This document shows positions 54,749 through 63,077 of a stretch of DNA of 64,000 nucleotides, piece by piece. The DNA is from a virus: the IMG/VR virus record IMGVR_UViG_3300023174_007844, positions 1-64,000 of that record; one strand, written 5' to 3'. The position numbers and the translations under genes are program-made. Under the pieces are notes generated by a model. That model did no database searches, was not told the origin of the DNA, and worked only from the letters and a program-made list of their open reading frames with translations. The first letter of the stretch is position 1; each line of letters begins with the position of its first letter.

Positions 54749-54821
54749 GGCCTGTTAGTCGAGTGGTTAAGATGCCTCCCTTTCACGGAGGAGACCAGGG
54801 GTTCGATACCCCTACAGGCTA
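54749..54821 (+). tRNA. trnE: tRNA-Glu(TTC)
   Basis: GGCCTGT/ACAGGCT acceptor; CCTCC-CTTTCAC-GGAGG; TTCGA loop; no CCA. Confidence 0.93.
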
Positions 54822-54845
54822 TTTGTGGTATAATGTATTTGTTGT

Positions 54846-54916
54846 TCTCTGGTGGTGTAACGGTAGCACAGAGGTTTTTGGTGCCTTTAGTTGGAGTTCG
54901 AATCTCTACCGGAGAA
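54846..54916 (+). tRNA. trnQ: tRNA-Gln(TTG)
   Basis: TCTCTGG/CCGGAGA acceptor; GAGGT-TTTTGGT-GCCTT; TTCGAAT loop. Confidence 0.88.
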
Positions 54917-54921
54917 CCTTT

Positions 54922-54992
54922 GCTCCATTAGTATAAAGATAGTACGGATCTCTTGTAAAGATTGGGTAGGCGTTTGATTCGTCTATGGAGCT
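54922..54992 (+). tRNA. trnT: tRNA-Thr(TGT), non-canonical D/T loops
   Basis: GCTCCAT/ATGGAGC acceptor; GATCT-CTTGTAA-AGATT; T-arm AGGCG-TTTGATT-CGTCT. Confidence 0.8.
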
Positions 54993-55022
54993 CCTTTCCC
55001 TTTTTTGTGATATAATAAAGTT

Positions 55023-55178
55023 ATGAACGAAACAATTTTATTTTCAATTTTATTTGCTTTAGTGGCAATAATCTTCGTCTTGTTATTTGTTGTAATTTTC
55101 CAATTGAAAAAAATGACAAAATCTTACGACAATAATTTTGAGTCTTTGAACAAAAAGACAGCTAAATTGGTGGAATAA
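55023..55178 (+). CDS. 51-aa single-pass membrane peptide (not in ORF track)
   Basis: TGATATAAT-N6-ATG; MNETILFSILFALVAIIFVLLFVVIFQLKK... Confidence 0.55.
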   Translation: MNETILFSILFALVAIIFVLLFVVIFQLKKMTKSYDNNFESLNKKTAKLVE

Positions 55179-55181
55179 ATT

Positions 55182-55319
55182 ATGAGTATTACATTAGCAT
55201 CTTGGATATCGGCTGGCATTATAGTTGCATCATCTACGGCATTTACTCTTTATTTTAATTATCGCTTAGATAGATTGATAAAGATGCTTGACTCTATGAT
55301 TACTGACCGACCAGAATAA
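55182..55319 (+). CDS. 45-aa membrane peptide (not in ORF track)
   Basis: MSITLASWISAGIIVASSTAFTLYFNYRLDR...; 3 nt after the previous stop. Confidence 0.5.
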   Translation: MSITLASWISAGIIVASSTAFTLYFNYRLDRLIKMLDSMITDRPE

Positions 55320-55335
55320 TTCGTATAATAATTTT

Positions 55336-55965
55336 ATGAAACTTAGTGATGTATTAGAAGAAGAATTTTTCTCTAGATCAAATTTAATTAATTATTTGAT
55401 TGGATTATATGGTTATAAGTCATATTTAGAGATTGGTGTCAATGATGGAATGAATTTTGAAAGGGTCAATTGTCCATATAAAGTTGGAGTAGATCCAGAA
55501 GACAGATATGACAAAATCACTTTCAATGTTACTTCAGATGAGTTTTTTGATCAGAATAAAGAAACATTTGATATTGTTTTTATTGATGGTTTGCATGTAT
55601 CAGGTCAAGTTATTAAGGATATCCGTAACAGCTTAGATATCTTGAATCCTAAAGGTACAATTGTGATGCATGATTGTCTTCCTGTAGCTGAGATAGTTCA
55701 AAGAGCAGAAAGAGAATCTCATCATTGGAATGGTGATGTTTGGAAAGCTTTTGCTCATTATAGGTCTGATCCAAATCTTACTATGTTTACGATTAGAACT
55801 GATCAAGGTTTAGGTGTCATAAAAAAGGGCAAACAAGAACCATTTGACTTGCCTGAAACTTTAGATTTTGAATTTTATTCTAAAAACGTTATTAATCTGA
55901 TGTCTGTTTTTGAAATTAGAGCTTCTCTTGATTTGATTGCTCAATTACATAAAAACAATTTTTAG
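55336..55965 (+). CDS. Class I SAM-dependent methyltransferase (Methyltransf_24-like)
   Basis: SYLEIGV, VGVDP, TSDEFF, FIDGLH, VMHDC, WNGDVWK. Confidence 0.85.
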   Translation: MKLSDVLEEEFFSRSNLINYLIGLYGYKSYLEIGVNDGMNFERVNCPYKVGVDPEDRYDKITFNVTSDEFFDQNKETFDIVFIDGLHVSGQVIKDIRNSLDILNPKGTIVMHDCLPVAEIVQRAERESHHWNGDVWKAFAHYRSDPNLTMFTIRTDQGLGVIKKGKQEPFDLPETLDFEFYSKNVINLMSVFEIRASLDLIAQLHKNNF

Positions 55966-56034
55966 TAAAGGCAAAAACGTTTACAATAATCAATAATAAA
56001 ATAGTTTATAAATCAACTATTGAAAGTGATTATT

Positions 56035-56343
56035 ATGCGTCCCTTTGCCTTTAAACATCAGCAATATCTTTTAGAAGAGATATGCAAAAATACTACAATT
56101 TTGCCCAATCATAAGTTTGTCAGCAGAAAACATTCAGGAGAATTTTCTGCTGTTTTAATCTATCCCAATGAAGCTAGAAAAATCTATTTAGAAGGTTTAG
56201 GTTTTAAGGTTTTTATTGATGAACATTATGACAAGAACCGACTTTTATTTAGTGATGAAAAATTATTAGAATGGTTCTTGGATGATAGCAAAATATATCT
56301 AACTTTTGAATTTAGTTTGAAAAGCATCTATCTTATGAAGTAA
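56035..56343 (+). CDS. Hypothetical protein
   Basis: Preceded by AAGG-N18-TCAATA (55968-55995) and followed by a terminator. Confidence 0.55.
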   Translation: MRPFAFKHQQYLLEEICKNTTILPNHKFVSRKHSGEFSAVLIYPNEARKIYLEGLGFKVFIDEHYDKNRLLFSDEKLLEWFLDDSKIYLTFEFSLKSIYLMK

Positions 56344-56378
56344 AATAATCCCATCGAATTCGATGGGATTATTTTTTT
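56342..56378 (+). terminator. Intrinsic terminator
   Basis: AAAATAATCCCATCG-aatt-CGATGGGATTATTTT. Confidence 0.85.
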
Positions 56379-56393
56379 AAGGTAAAATAAATT

Positions 56394-56717
56394 ATGTCTG
56401 AACGAGAATGGGTTGATAAGATAAAAAAAGAATGTGTGTTAAATGTTGGTAATTTCGACACTAAATATGCAATTCAGTTAGTTGGGAGAAGTGGTAGTAA
56501 GATTGGTATTGTTTCTCTCAATAAGCAGTTTATGAGTGTTGATATAATTGACAAGCAAAAATATGAGCGGTTTTATGATCAATTTTACTCTAGAAATAAT
56601 AAAGAATCTCGTGCTCCATTAGTTATAGATTATCATATTGAACATTCTATAGGCAGGGCTGGATTTAAGGAATTGTGGGATTTTTTTTACAAGAAAGTTA
56701 AATCTAGGGTAAAATAA
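56394..56717 (+). CDS. Hypothetical protein
   Basis: TAAAAT-N5-ATG. Confidence 0.65.
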   Translation: MSEREWVDKIKKECVLNVGNFDTKYAIQLVGRSGSKIGIVSLNKQFMSVDIIDKQKYERFYDQFYSRNNKESRAPLVIDYHIEHSIGRAGFKELWDFFYKKVKSRVK

Positions 56718-56736
56718 AAATAGGAGAATTAATTTT

Positions 56737-57000
56737 ATGGATGCTGCAGATTGGATTGGTTTGATTTTAGGAATTCTACTTTCAGTTTGGGCTAATAAAA
56801 GAGGATATGCTTGGTGGGCTTTCATCTTAGCTAGTCCTATTGTTGGTGCTATTGCTTTAGGAATTTTGCCTAACTTAGCTGAGCCTGGAAAAGAGTTTGA
56901 AAATAAGGAAGAATTAGTAAGAAAAGGAAATACTACAGGAATGTGGATTTCTGGACTAACAATTGGCTTCCTAATGATTATTGGAGCTTTGAATAAATAA
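56737..57000 (+). CDS. Small membrane protein
   Basis: Three hydrophobic segments; SD AGGAG. Confidence 0.7.
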   Translation: MDAADWIGLILGILLSVWANKRGYAWWAFILASPIVGAIALGILPNLAEPGKEFENKEELVRKGNTTGMWISGLTIGFLMIIGALNK

Positions 57001-57028
57001 AAAAGGGGAGAATTTTCTCCCCTTTTTT
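56999..57028. terminator. Bidirectional terminator
   Basis: AAAAAGGGGAGAA-t-TTTCTCCCCTTTTT. Confidence 0.85.
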
Positions 57029-57974
57029 ATTGGTTTCTGTAGTAGTCTAAAAGTAATTTGACACTATCTTCCAAGGTGTACTTAGGTGTCCAATTTGTCT
57101 TTTCATAAAACTTGTCAACACTAGGAATTTGAAGAGTTACATCTACAGGCCTAAGTAAGTTTGGATCTTCTTTTGAAACAATTTTACAATTTGCTTGTTT
57201 CTTAAGTTCTTCAAGAAAATCCCCTACTCTTACAGGGACAGTTGAACCAATATTGTATGCTTCTCCAATTTCGCATTCTTTAGCAGCAATCCAATAAGCT
57301 TCAACAATATCTCTTACATCAAGCAAAGTTCTTACAGAGTCTAAGTTTCCATGATAGAGAACATCTTGTTTTCCACGTTCAATATCTACAATTTGTTTTG
57401 CAAATGCGCTGGAAAAAATATCTGGCCTTCTTGGATTTATATAGCCAAAAGCACGAGTAATTACACAAGGTATTTCATAAGATCTATAATATGACTTTAC
57501 TAATTTTTCTTGTGTTAATTTACTAATAGCATAAACATTTACTGGATCTATACTTTGAGATTCTTTGATTGGTACTTCATCTGGTCTTACTTGCCCATAC
57601 ACTTCAGAAGTACCACAAAATTGAATCATTGGTTTTTGATTTAAGATTCTTAATGCTTCTAATAAATTTAAGGTTCCATTTACATTATTATTGAAAACAG
57701 AGCTTGGCGTAGTAAATGATAATTTTACATTTGCATTGGAAGCCAAGTGGAAAATGTAATCAGGTTTTGCTTCTTCGAGAGTTCTAATTAAGCTTCCAAG
57801 ATCCGTCAAGTCACATTCAAACATTTTTATCTTAGAAAAAACTCCCGATTTGTTTTTTCTATCAGTATGCCATCTCGAAATACCTTGAATTTGAATATCA
57901 GGTATTGTCGAAAGGTGTTCAGCTAAGTAAGTAGCTCCACTTCCATTGATTCCTGTAATGAGTGCGTTTTTCAT
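57027..57974 (-). CDS. GDP-mannose 4,6-dehydratase / RMD-like NAD-dependent sugar enzyme
   Basis: ALITGING, PDYIFHLAS, TSEVYG, YAISK, GNLDSVR, LRPVDV. Confidence 0.9.
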   Translation of the reverse strand: MKNALITGINGSGATYLAEHLSTIPDIQIQGISRWHTDRKNKSGVFSKIKMFECDLTDLGSLIRTLEEAKPDYIFHLASNANVKLSFTTPSSVFNNNVNGTLNLLEALRILNQKPMIQFCGTSEVYGQVRPDEVPIKESQSIDPVNVYAISKLTQEKLVKSYYRSYEIPCVITRAFGYINPRRPDIFSSAFAKQIVDIERGKQDVLYHGNLDSVRTLLDVRDIVEAYWIAAKECEIGEAYNIGSTVPVRVGDFLEELKKQANCKIVSKEDPNLLRPVDVTLQIPSVDKFYEKTNWTPKYTLEDSVKLLLDYYRNQ

Positions 57975-57997
57975 AAAGGTATTATACATTCCAAATT

Positions 57998-58405
57998 TTA
58001 GTCTTCAAATTGTTGATCATATCCATCTTCATCAGGCAAGAGAATATTCAAATCTTGGTCTGCTGAAAAATGACAATATGATAAATCTGAATGAGTAATA
58101 AGTAATTTCATAAAGATTTGATAAATAGATGGATCAGTGCTATAAGGTGTAAAGTACTGTAAAACTTTATCATAATTAACAAGAATGAATGGTTTATCAT
58201 TCAAGCTAACAATATAAAATCTATTAAGTTTTGTTTCAACAAAATGTCCTTGTAAACCAGGGACATTTTTCTTTAACAGCTCCCAATCAGCACCAATATT
58301 GTTATGAATTGAAAAGATATTTCTGCCAAAATCTCTTAATTTAAATATTTCTTCCACTGAGAATGAGGTTTTTCTAGGTAGGTTATAGATATCAATTATT
58401 TTCAT
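57998..58405 (-). CDS. Hypothetical protein
   Basis: Own TATAAT promoter upstream. Confidence 0.6.
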   Translation of the reverse strand: MKIIDIYNLPRKTSFSVEEIFKLRDFGRNIFSIHNNIGADWELLKKNVPGLQGHFVETKLNRFYIVSLNDKPFILVNYDKVLQYFTPYSTDPSIYQIFMKLLITHSDLSYCHFSADQDLNILLPDEDGYDQQFED

Positions 58406-58444
58406 CTTACTTGCATTATACCTGATCTATGGTATGCTATTCCC

Positions 58445-58624
58445 ATGAAACACAAGATTACAATTATCGATGAAAACTTTGAAGAGAAAAGTCTTGAAAT
58501 GACTTATGCTCAATTGAAAGAATTGAATCGATGGTTAAACATATATTTAAACACTGGCAAAACAATCGAATATAAAATTGAAAAATCAAAGAAAAAAGTT
58601 GAAGTTGTTAGTGCACAGATGTAA
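58445..58624 (+). CDS. 59-aa hypothetical protein (not in ORF track)
   Basis: TGGTATGCT-N6-ATG; MKHKITIIDENFEEKSLEM... Confidence 0.5.
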   Translation: MKHKITIIDENFEEKSLEMTYAQLKELNRWLNIYLNTGKTIEYKIEKSKKKVEVVSAQM

Positions 58625-58652
58625 AGTTGTGGTATAATTAGAGTGTTAATAA

Positions 58653-58725
58653 GCAACCGTAGCTCAGTGGATAGAGCAAATGCCTTCTAAGCATTTGGCC
58701 ACAGGTTCGAGTCCTGTCGGTTGTA
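58653..58725 (+). tRNA. trnR: tRNA-Arg(TCT)
   Basis: GCAACCG/CGGTTGT; AATGC-CTTCTAA-GCATT; ACAGG-TTCGAGT-CCTGT; TGTGGTATAAT promoter. Confidence 0.95.
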
Positions 58726-58749
58726 TCAGAAAAATCTCATCCTAAACAG

Positions 58750-58777
58750 ATGGGATTTTTCTTTTTAAACCAGAATA
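58750..58777 (+). promoter_or_regulatory. Putative late promoter (ATGG-N18-AGAATA), ATG 7 nt downstream, overlapping the tRNA terminator
   Basis: Fixed spacing. Confidence 0.45.
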
Positions 58778-58784
58778 AATTATT

Positions 58785-59162
58785 ATGTGGTATCGAATTT
58801 CAGCAAAGAAAAAAGTTAGCTTAGTTATTGTATTTAATGGCGATAAAGTTTTGTTAGGTGAAAAATTGTCTGGCTATGAAATTCCTGGCGGTCATGTTGA
58901 TTATTTAGAAGATGAAAAAGATTGTGCCAGAAGAGAATTGGAAGAAGAAACTAACTTAAAGATATCTAAAATTAAACTTTTGCGCACTATGGATATGCCT
59001 GACAAAATTGTTTATGTTTATTACACTAATAATTATTCTGGTGATCTCTTAGCTGGAGATGATTTAGTAGGAGCAAGTTGGCATAAAATAAATGATTTGC
59101 CCAAAATAAAATTTAATGGTGCTGAATTAATTTCTGAAGCATACGAAAAAAGCTCCTCATAA
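58785..59162 (+). CDS. Nudix hydrolase with MWY leader
   Basis: Nudix box GGHVDYLEDEKDCARRELEEETNL; N-terminal MWYRISA. Confidence 0.9.
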   Translation: MWYRISAKKKVSLVIVFNGDKVLLGEKLSGYEIPGGHVDYLEDEKDCARRELEEETNLKISKIKLLRTMDMPDKIVYVYYTNNYSGDLLAGDDLVGASWHKINDLPKIKFNGAELISEAYEKSSS

Positions 59163-59174
59163 GGGAGCTTTTTT
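59146..59174. terminator. Bidirectional terminator
   Basis: AAAAAAGCTCCT-cata-AGGGAGCTTTTT. Confidence 0.8.
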
Positions 59175-59176
59175 AT

Positions 59177-60193
59177 TTAGAATGAAATGTGTTTATATCC
59201 AGATTGTTCTAGGAATCTTAGAAATTCTCTTCCGTCAAATCCTCTTTGTTGTCCTTCCCAAATGGTTTTTTCTATTAGTTTTTCTCGCCATTTTTTATAA
59301 TTAGGGCAATTCCAATCAAACCAATTATTTTCTAGTAATTTGAGATTAAGAACAGTTTGATTTACATTTGTTGAATAAGGAAATTTCCAAAACTTAAATT
59401 CAGGGTTGTATTTTTCTTTTGTAGTATCAAAATATAATTGATTTCCAAGACAAGCCTGAGAAGCATCCAATAGATCGAATAAATCTTTATCTGCCCAAAT
59501 AATCATCCATAGTGCTTCATAACACCACCCAGAATATCCATTAGATTTATTAGGATCTTTTTCAATTAATTTCTTGAATTTTTCCTCTCTTGACAATCCT
59601 CTTAAGTAGGGGTGATACATGTCTATATCTTGAAATAAATAATCTGGTTTTTCAGCTTCTTCTAATAATTGAAATATCTTTTCATCTGTATTCCAATAAA
59701 TTAAGTTTTCATAAAAAGAAATTGGTTTTTCTTGAATTTTTTCTCTAGATACATAAAAAATTTCACCAGGACCAAAACAATAAAGGTATTTACTAATATT
59801 ATTGTCATTAATAAAACCTAGTCCTAATTTGTGAGCTATTTCTCGAATGGGATTTAATCTAACCCAACTAGATGAAAATTGATTATAAATTGGTCGTGCA
59901 TAACAAAAGGAACCATATCCAGCTGTTAGTGTGCTTTCGATAGCTAATAATGGTTCATGAACATGATCATCTGGAATAGCTTGAGAATAAATAACAAAAT
60001 CTGGCAAGTTGTTATAATTTTCAATAATCCATTTTATAAATATTGTTTGATTACTTGTATTCTTGTCTACACAAATATCATCTGGTTCTGGATTATTTCC
60101 AACATGAAAAACTGTTTTAGGGTATTTTAATTTATTGATGAAAATATCTCTATCTTCATTATTATGAATAATTATAAAGTGTTTATTTTGCAT
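59177..60193 (-). CDS. DUF3431-like protein
   Basis: WIIENYNNLPDFVIYSQ..P.DH, G.IFYVSRE.I..KP..FYE, YEALW. Confidence 0.65.
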   Translation of the reverse strand: MQNKHFIIIHNNEDRDIFINKLKYPKTVFHVGNNPEPDDICVDKNTSNQTIFIKWIIENYNNLPDFVIYSQAIPDDHVHEPLLAIESTLTAGYGSFCYARPIYNQFSSSWVRLNPIREIAHKLGLGFINDNNISKYLYCFGPGEIFYVSREKIQEKPISFYENLIYWNTDEKIFQLLEEAEKPDYLFQDIDMYHPYLRGLSREEKFKKLIEKDPNKSNGYSGWCYEALWMIIWADKDLFDLLDASQACLGNQLYFDTTKEKYNPEFKFWKFPYSTNVNQTVLNLKLLENNWFDWNCPNYKKWREKLIEKTIWEGQQRGFDGREFLRFLEQSGYKHISF

Positions 60194-60300
60194 TTAAATC
60201 CTCAAGTAAATTATACGCAGAAAAAAAATTTATTTTCTAGAATATAACACATGGAGGATATCTTAATGAAGGGAAAATTATCACCAACGGAGTTGACAAT

Positions 60301-60954
60301 TTGCATAATGACAATATTAACATTACTTGCAATTTTCATTCCAATATTTTTATTAGCATGGTCAGGTTATTAATCGATTTATTACAAAAATTTTTTTCAT
60401 CTAATAGGCATTTCGGGAATATAAGAACAAAACACGAAACGTCTGCCCCTTTAGAATGGAAAGAAAGTTTTTGGGATAAACTTAAAAAAGACAAATTATT
60501 TTCTCCAATAGATCTTAATAACAAAGAGCATTTCAAAGAAATAAGAATAAAGATAGGCAAGAAGTTTATTGTTCTTGCTATTAATATATTTTTGATATCT
60601 TTCACATTCAATATTATTAAAGATTCTTACAACATAATTAGAGCAGATTATTTGTTAATGAATAGTTCAAAGATAGATTTTTCCAATGATTTGCCAGAAA
60701 ATTTGAAAAAAGAAGAGCAAAACAAAATCGAATCTTTGAGCAATTATATAAAAAGAAAAGATTTAATAAATATTGCAAAAACTACAGCAGAATTATCTAT
60801 ATATGCCAAATGGAAAGAGTATTTTATAAGTGATAGAAAACAAAAATTTATAAAGGAAAATCAAGATGCAATTAAGGGAAATATATTTTCTTTCTTAAAT
60901 AATTTATTTATTTTGTATTTGATATTGAAGAAAAAAATTACCCGTCAACAATAG
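60301..60954 (+). CDS. Possible membrane protein (start uncertain)
   Basis: Two hydrophobic segments; an overlapping 35-aa hydrophobic ORF with SD starts at 60266. Confidence 0.4.
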   Translation: MHNDNINITCNFHSNIFISMVRLLIDLLQKFFSSNRHFGNIRTKHETSAPLEWKESFWDKLKKDKLFSPIDLNNKEHFKEIRIKIGKKFIVLAINIFLISFTFNIIKDSYNIIRADYLLMNSSKIDFSNDLPENLKKEEQNKIESLSNYIKRKDLINIAKTTAELSIYAKWKEYFISDRKQKFIKENQDAIKGNIFSFLNNLFILYLILKKKITRQQ

Positions 60955-61309
60955 AATAAGAAATACAAGTGGTGGGTGATCCGAAACCTTGTAAATATCT
61001 CACTTTCACTGATTCAACAAATCTGCTTGTATCATCAGGAATTATTTCAGCTCTTACTAATAGATCAACAATAGGTTTTACAATATTGTCTGGATCGCAT
61101 TTTAGTTTCCATTGAAGATCGGCAAGAATTAGAATTTCTATTTCAATTGGATAATTTGTTGCTGGTAATAAATTGTCTTTAATGATTGAAATGTTTTTAT
61201 CAATCCAATCATTATATTTTTTACTTTTCACCATTTTGCCACGAGCAATAGGCGCATACATTTTGTTTGCAGAGAAAGGTTCTTGGATAGTGCAAGACTT
61301 TTTAAGCAT
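60938..61309 (-). CDS. Second RusA-like resolvase
   Basis: PFSANKMY, DPDNIVKPIVDLLVRAEIIPDD; ATG 61309 preferred. Confidence 0.8.
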   Translation of the reverse strand: MLKKSCTIQEPFSANKMYAPIARGKMVKSKKYNDWIDKNISIIKDNLLPATNYPIEIEILILADLQWKLKCDPDNIVKPIVDLLVRAEIIPDDTSRFVESVKVRYLQGFGSPTTCISYSIVDG

Positions 61310-61359
61310 GAAGGTTTTATACAGAGCAAATGTGAAAGCCAGTATGGGGGTGGGAAAAA

Positions 61360-61950
61360 ATGGATACTTTTTTTTGTGAATTGGGCAGTGATAAGTATAT
61401 AAGAGAAAATTTTTTTTCTGACTATCAATACAAAGGGACAATGGTTGAAGTTGGAGGGGGACATCCAGAATTATATTCAACATCAAAACATTGGATAGAC
61501 AATGGCTGGAGAGCGATCATTTTTGAACCACAACCTAAATTTTTTGAAATGCATAAAAATTTAAACAATGAAGTATATGATGTTGCAATTTCAAATGCTT
61601 GTGGTGAAGATATAGACTTTCATATTTGTAAAGATTCGATGGGTATGTCAGCTTCAGCTTTAGCACATAGAATTGGACAATACAATTTAGATCAAATAAT
61701 TAAAACTAACACTATAACTTTGGACAAAGCTTTAGATGTTATTGATGTAAATAAAATTGATATTGTAAATATAGATGTTGAAGGCTGGGAATTGGAAGTT
61801 ATGCAGGGTTTTAGCCCAGAAAAATATAATTTTCCTCTTATTGTACTTGAAAACTTTACTAGAAGTTCTTCATATATAGAGTATATGGAAAAAATTGGTT
61901 ATAAATTAATTTGGAATCTTGAATATAATTATTTATTCCAACATGAATAA
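61360..61950 (+). CDS. FkbM-family methyltransferase
   Basis: VEVGG, GWRAIIFEP, VAISN, TITLD, IDVEGWELEVMQG. Confidence 0.88.
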   Translation: MDTFFCELGSDKYIRENFFSDYQYKGTMVEVGGGHPELYSTSKHWIDNGWRAIIFEPQPKFFEMHKNLNNEVYDVAISNACGEDIDFHICKDSMGMSASALAHRIGQYNLDQIIKTNTITLDKALDVIDVNKIDIVNIDVEGWELEVMQGFSPEKYNFPLIVLENFTRSSSYIEYMEKIGYKLIWNLEYNYLFQHE

Positions 61951-61991
61951 TAATTTTGTATTGATATAAGAATAAAGGATACTATTTCCTA

Positions 61992-63077
61992 ATGTGGTAT
62001 AAAATAGCCCAGCAATTGCAACTTCCTGGTTTAGATGTAGAGCAATCTTCACCAACAACAAGAGAAAAATCTAAGCCAAGAGAAGAATCACCAGAACTTT
62101 TAGAAACTCAAAAAAATCCTCAAAGTTTATTCTTTAGTGATTGGGCTAAAGGTCATTACGTGCCAGAAGAACCTGTCTATCACGGAACAACTCACGAATT
62201 TGATAGATTTGATATTGACAAAGGTTCAATGAGTAATTATTTTGGTCCAGCATTTTATTTTACTAGTGATGAAGAAGATGCTTCAAAAAATTACACTGGT
62301 ACTGGGCCTGATCAAGAAAGAAACATTGAAAATCTTCAATATAATTTGCTTGATCAATATGATGAAGACGAATATTATCTATGGAATTTATATAGTGATG
62401 ATCCAAGATATAGTAGAGAATTCAATGAAGACGGTAAACCATATAACCCAAGTTATCTAGCAGAAAAAATTGCCAGAGATACAATTTTAGGACCCAATAA
62501 ACCTAGAGTAATTCCTGCTCACGTTAGAATGAAAAACCCAATTCATCTAACTAGTTCACAGGATGCAGAACATCCAGAAAAAGTTTTCATTGATGATATA
62601 GAAGGTAGTATGGACTTTTTAGGGAAAAGAATCAATCCTTCTGACAACCATAATTTGAGCACAGTTATATCAAAACTTCACAATATTATAGTGGACTATT
62701 GGGATTATGATATTGCTAATGAAATTTGTGAAGAATTAGTGCAAGATAATTCTGTTGGATTTGATGAAGAAATTTCAGCCTCTTCATTGATCATGGACCT
62801 AATTAAAAAATTAGAATTTTATGATAGTGATCAAGATACTCAGTTTAAAGGTGATATTGTCAAAAGATTTATTAATTCACTAGGACATGACAGTATTGTC
62901 ATGGATCCTAATCAATTTTTCAGAATGTACTCTCAAAAGAAACCAATCAAACATTACATCACCTGGAATCCAGAAAACATTAAACACGCCAGAGAAAATA
63001 TAGAGTTTGATCCAAAAAATCCTGTTATCACTGCTAAGAGTGGTAAAATTAATTTATGGAAGAATTCTTTGCTGTAG
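61992..63077 (+). CDS. ADP-ribosyltransferase-like (ART-PolyVal-type) protein with MWY leader
   Basis: VYHGT...FDRFD...FGPAFYFTSD...VIPAHVRMKNP...GHDSIV...YITWNPENIK; N-terminal MWYKIAQ. Confidence 0.7.
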   Translation: MWYKIAQQLQLPGLDVEQSSPTTREKSKPREESPELLETQKNPQSLFFSDWAKGHYVPEEPVYHGTTHEFDRFDIDKGSMSNYFGPAFYFTSDEEDASKNYTGTGPDQERNIENLQYNLLDQYDEDEYYLWNLYSDDPRYSREFNEDGKPYNPSYLAEKIARDTILGPNKPRVIPAHVRMKNPIHLTSSQDAEHPEKVFIDDIEGSMDFLGKRINPSDNHNLSTVISKLHNIIVDYWDYDIANEICEELVQDNSVGFDEEISASSLIMDLIKKLEFYDSDQDTQFKGDIVKRFINSLGHDSIVMDPNQFFRMYSQKKPIKHYITWNPENIKHARENIEFDPKNPVITAKSGKINLWKNSLL

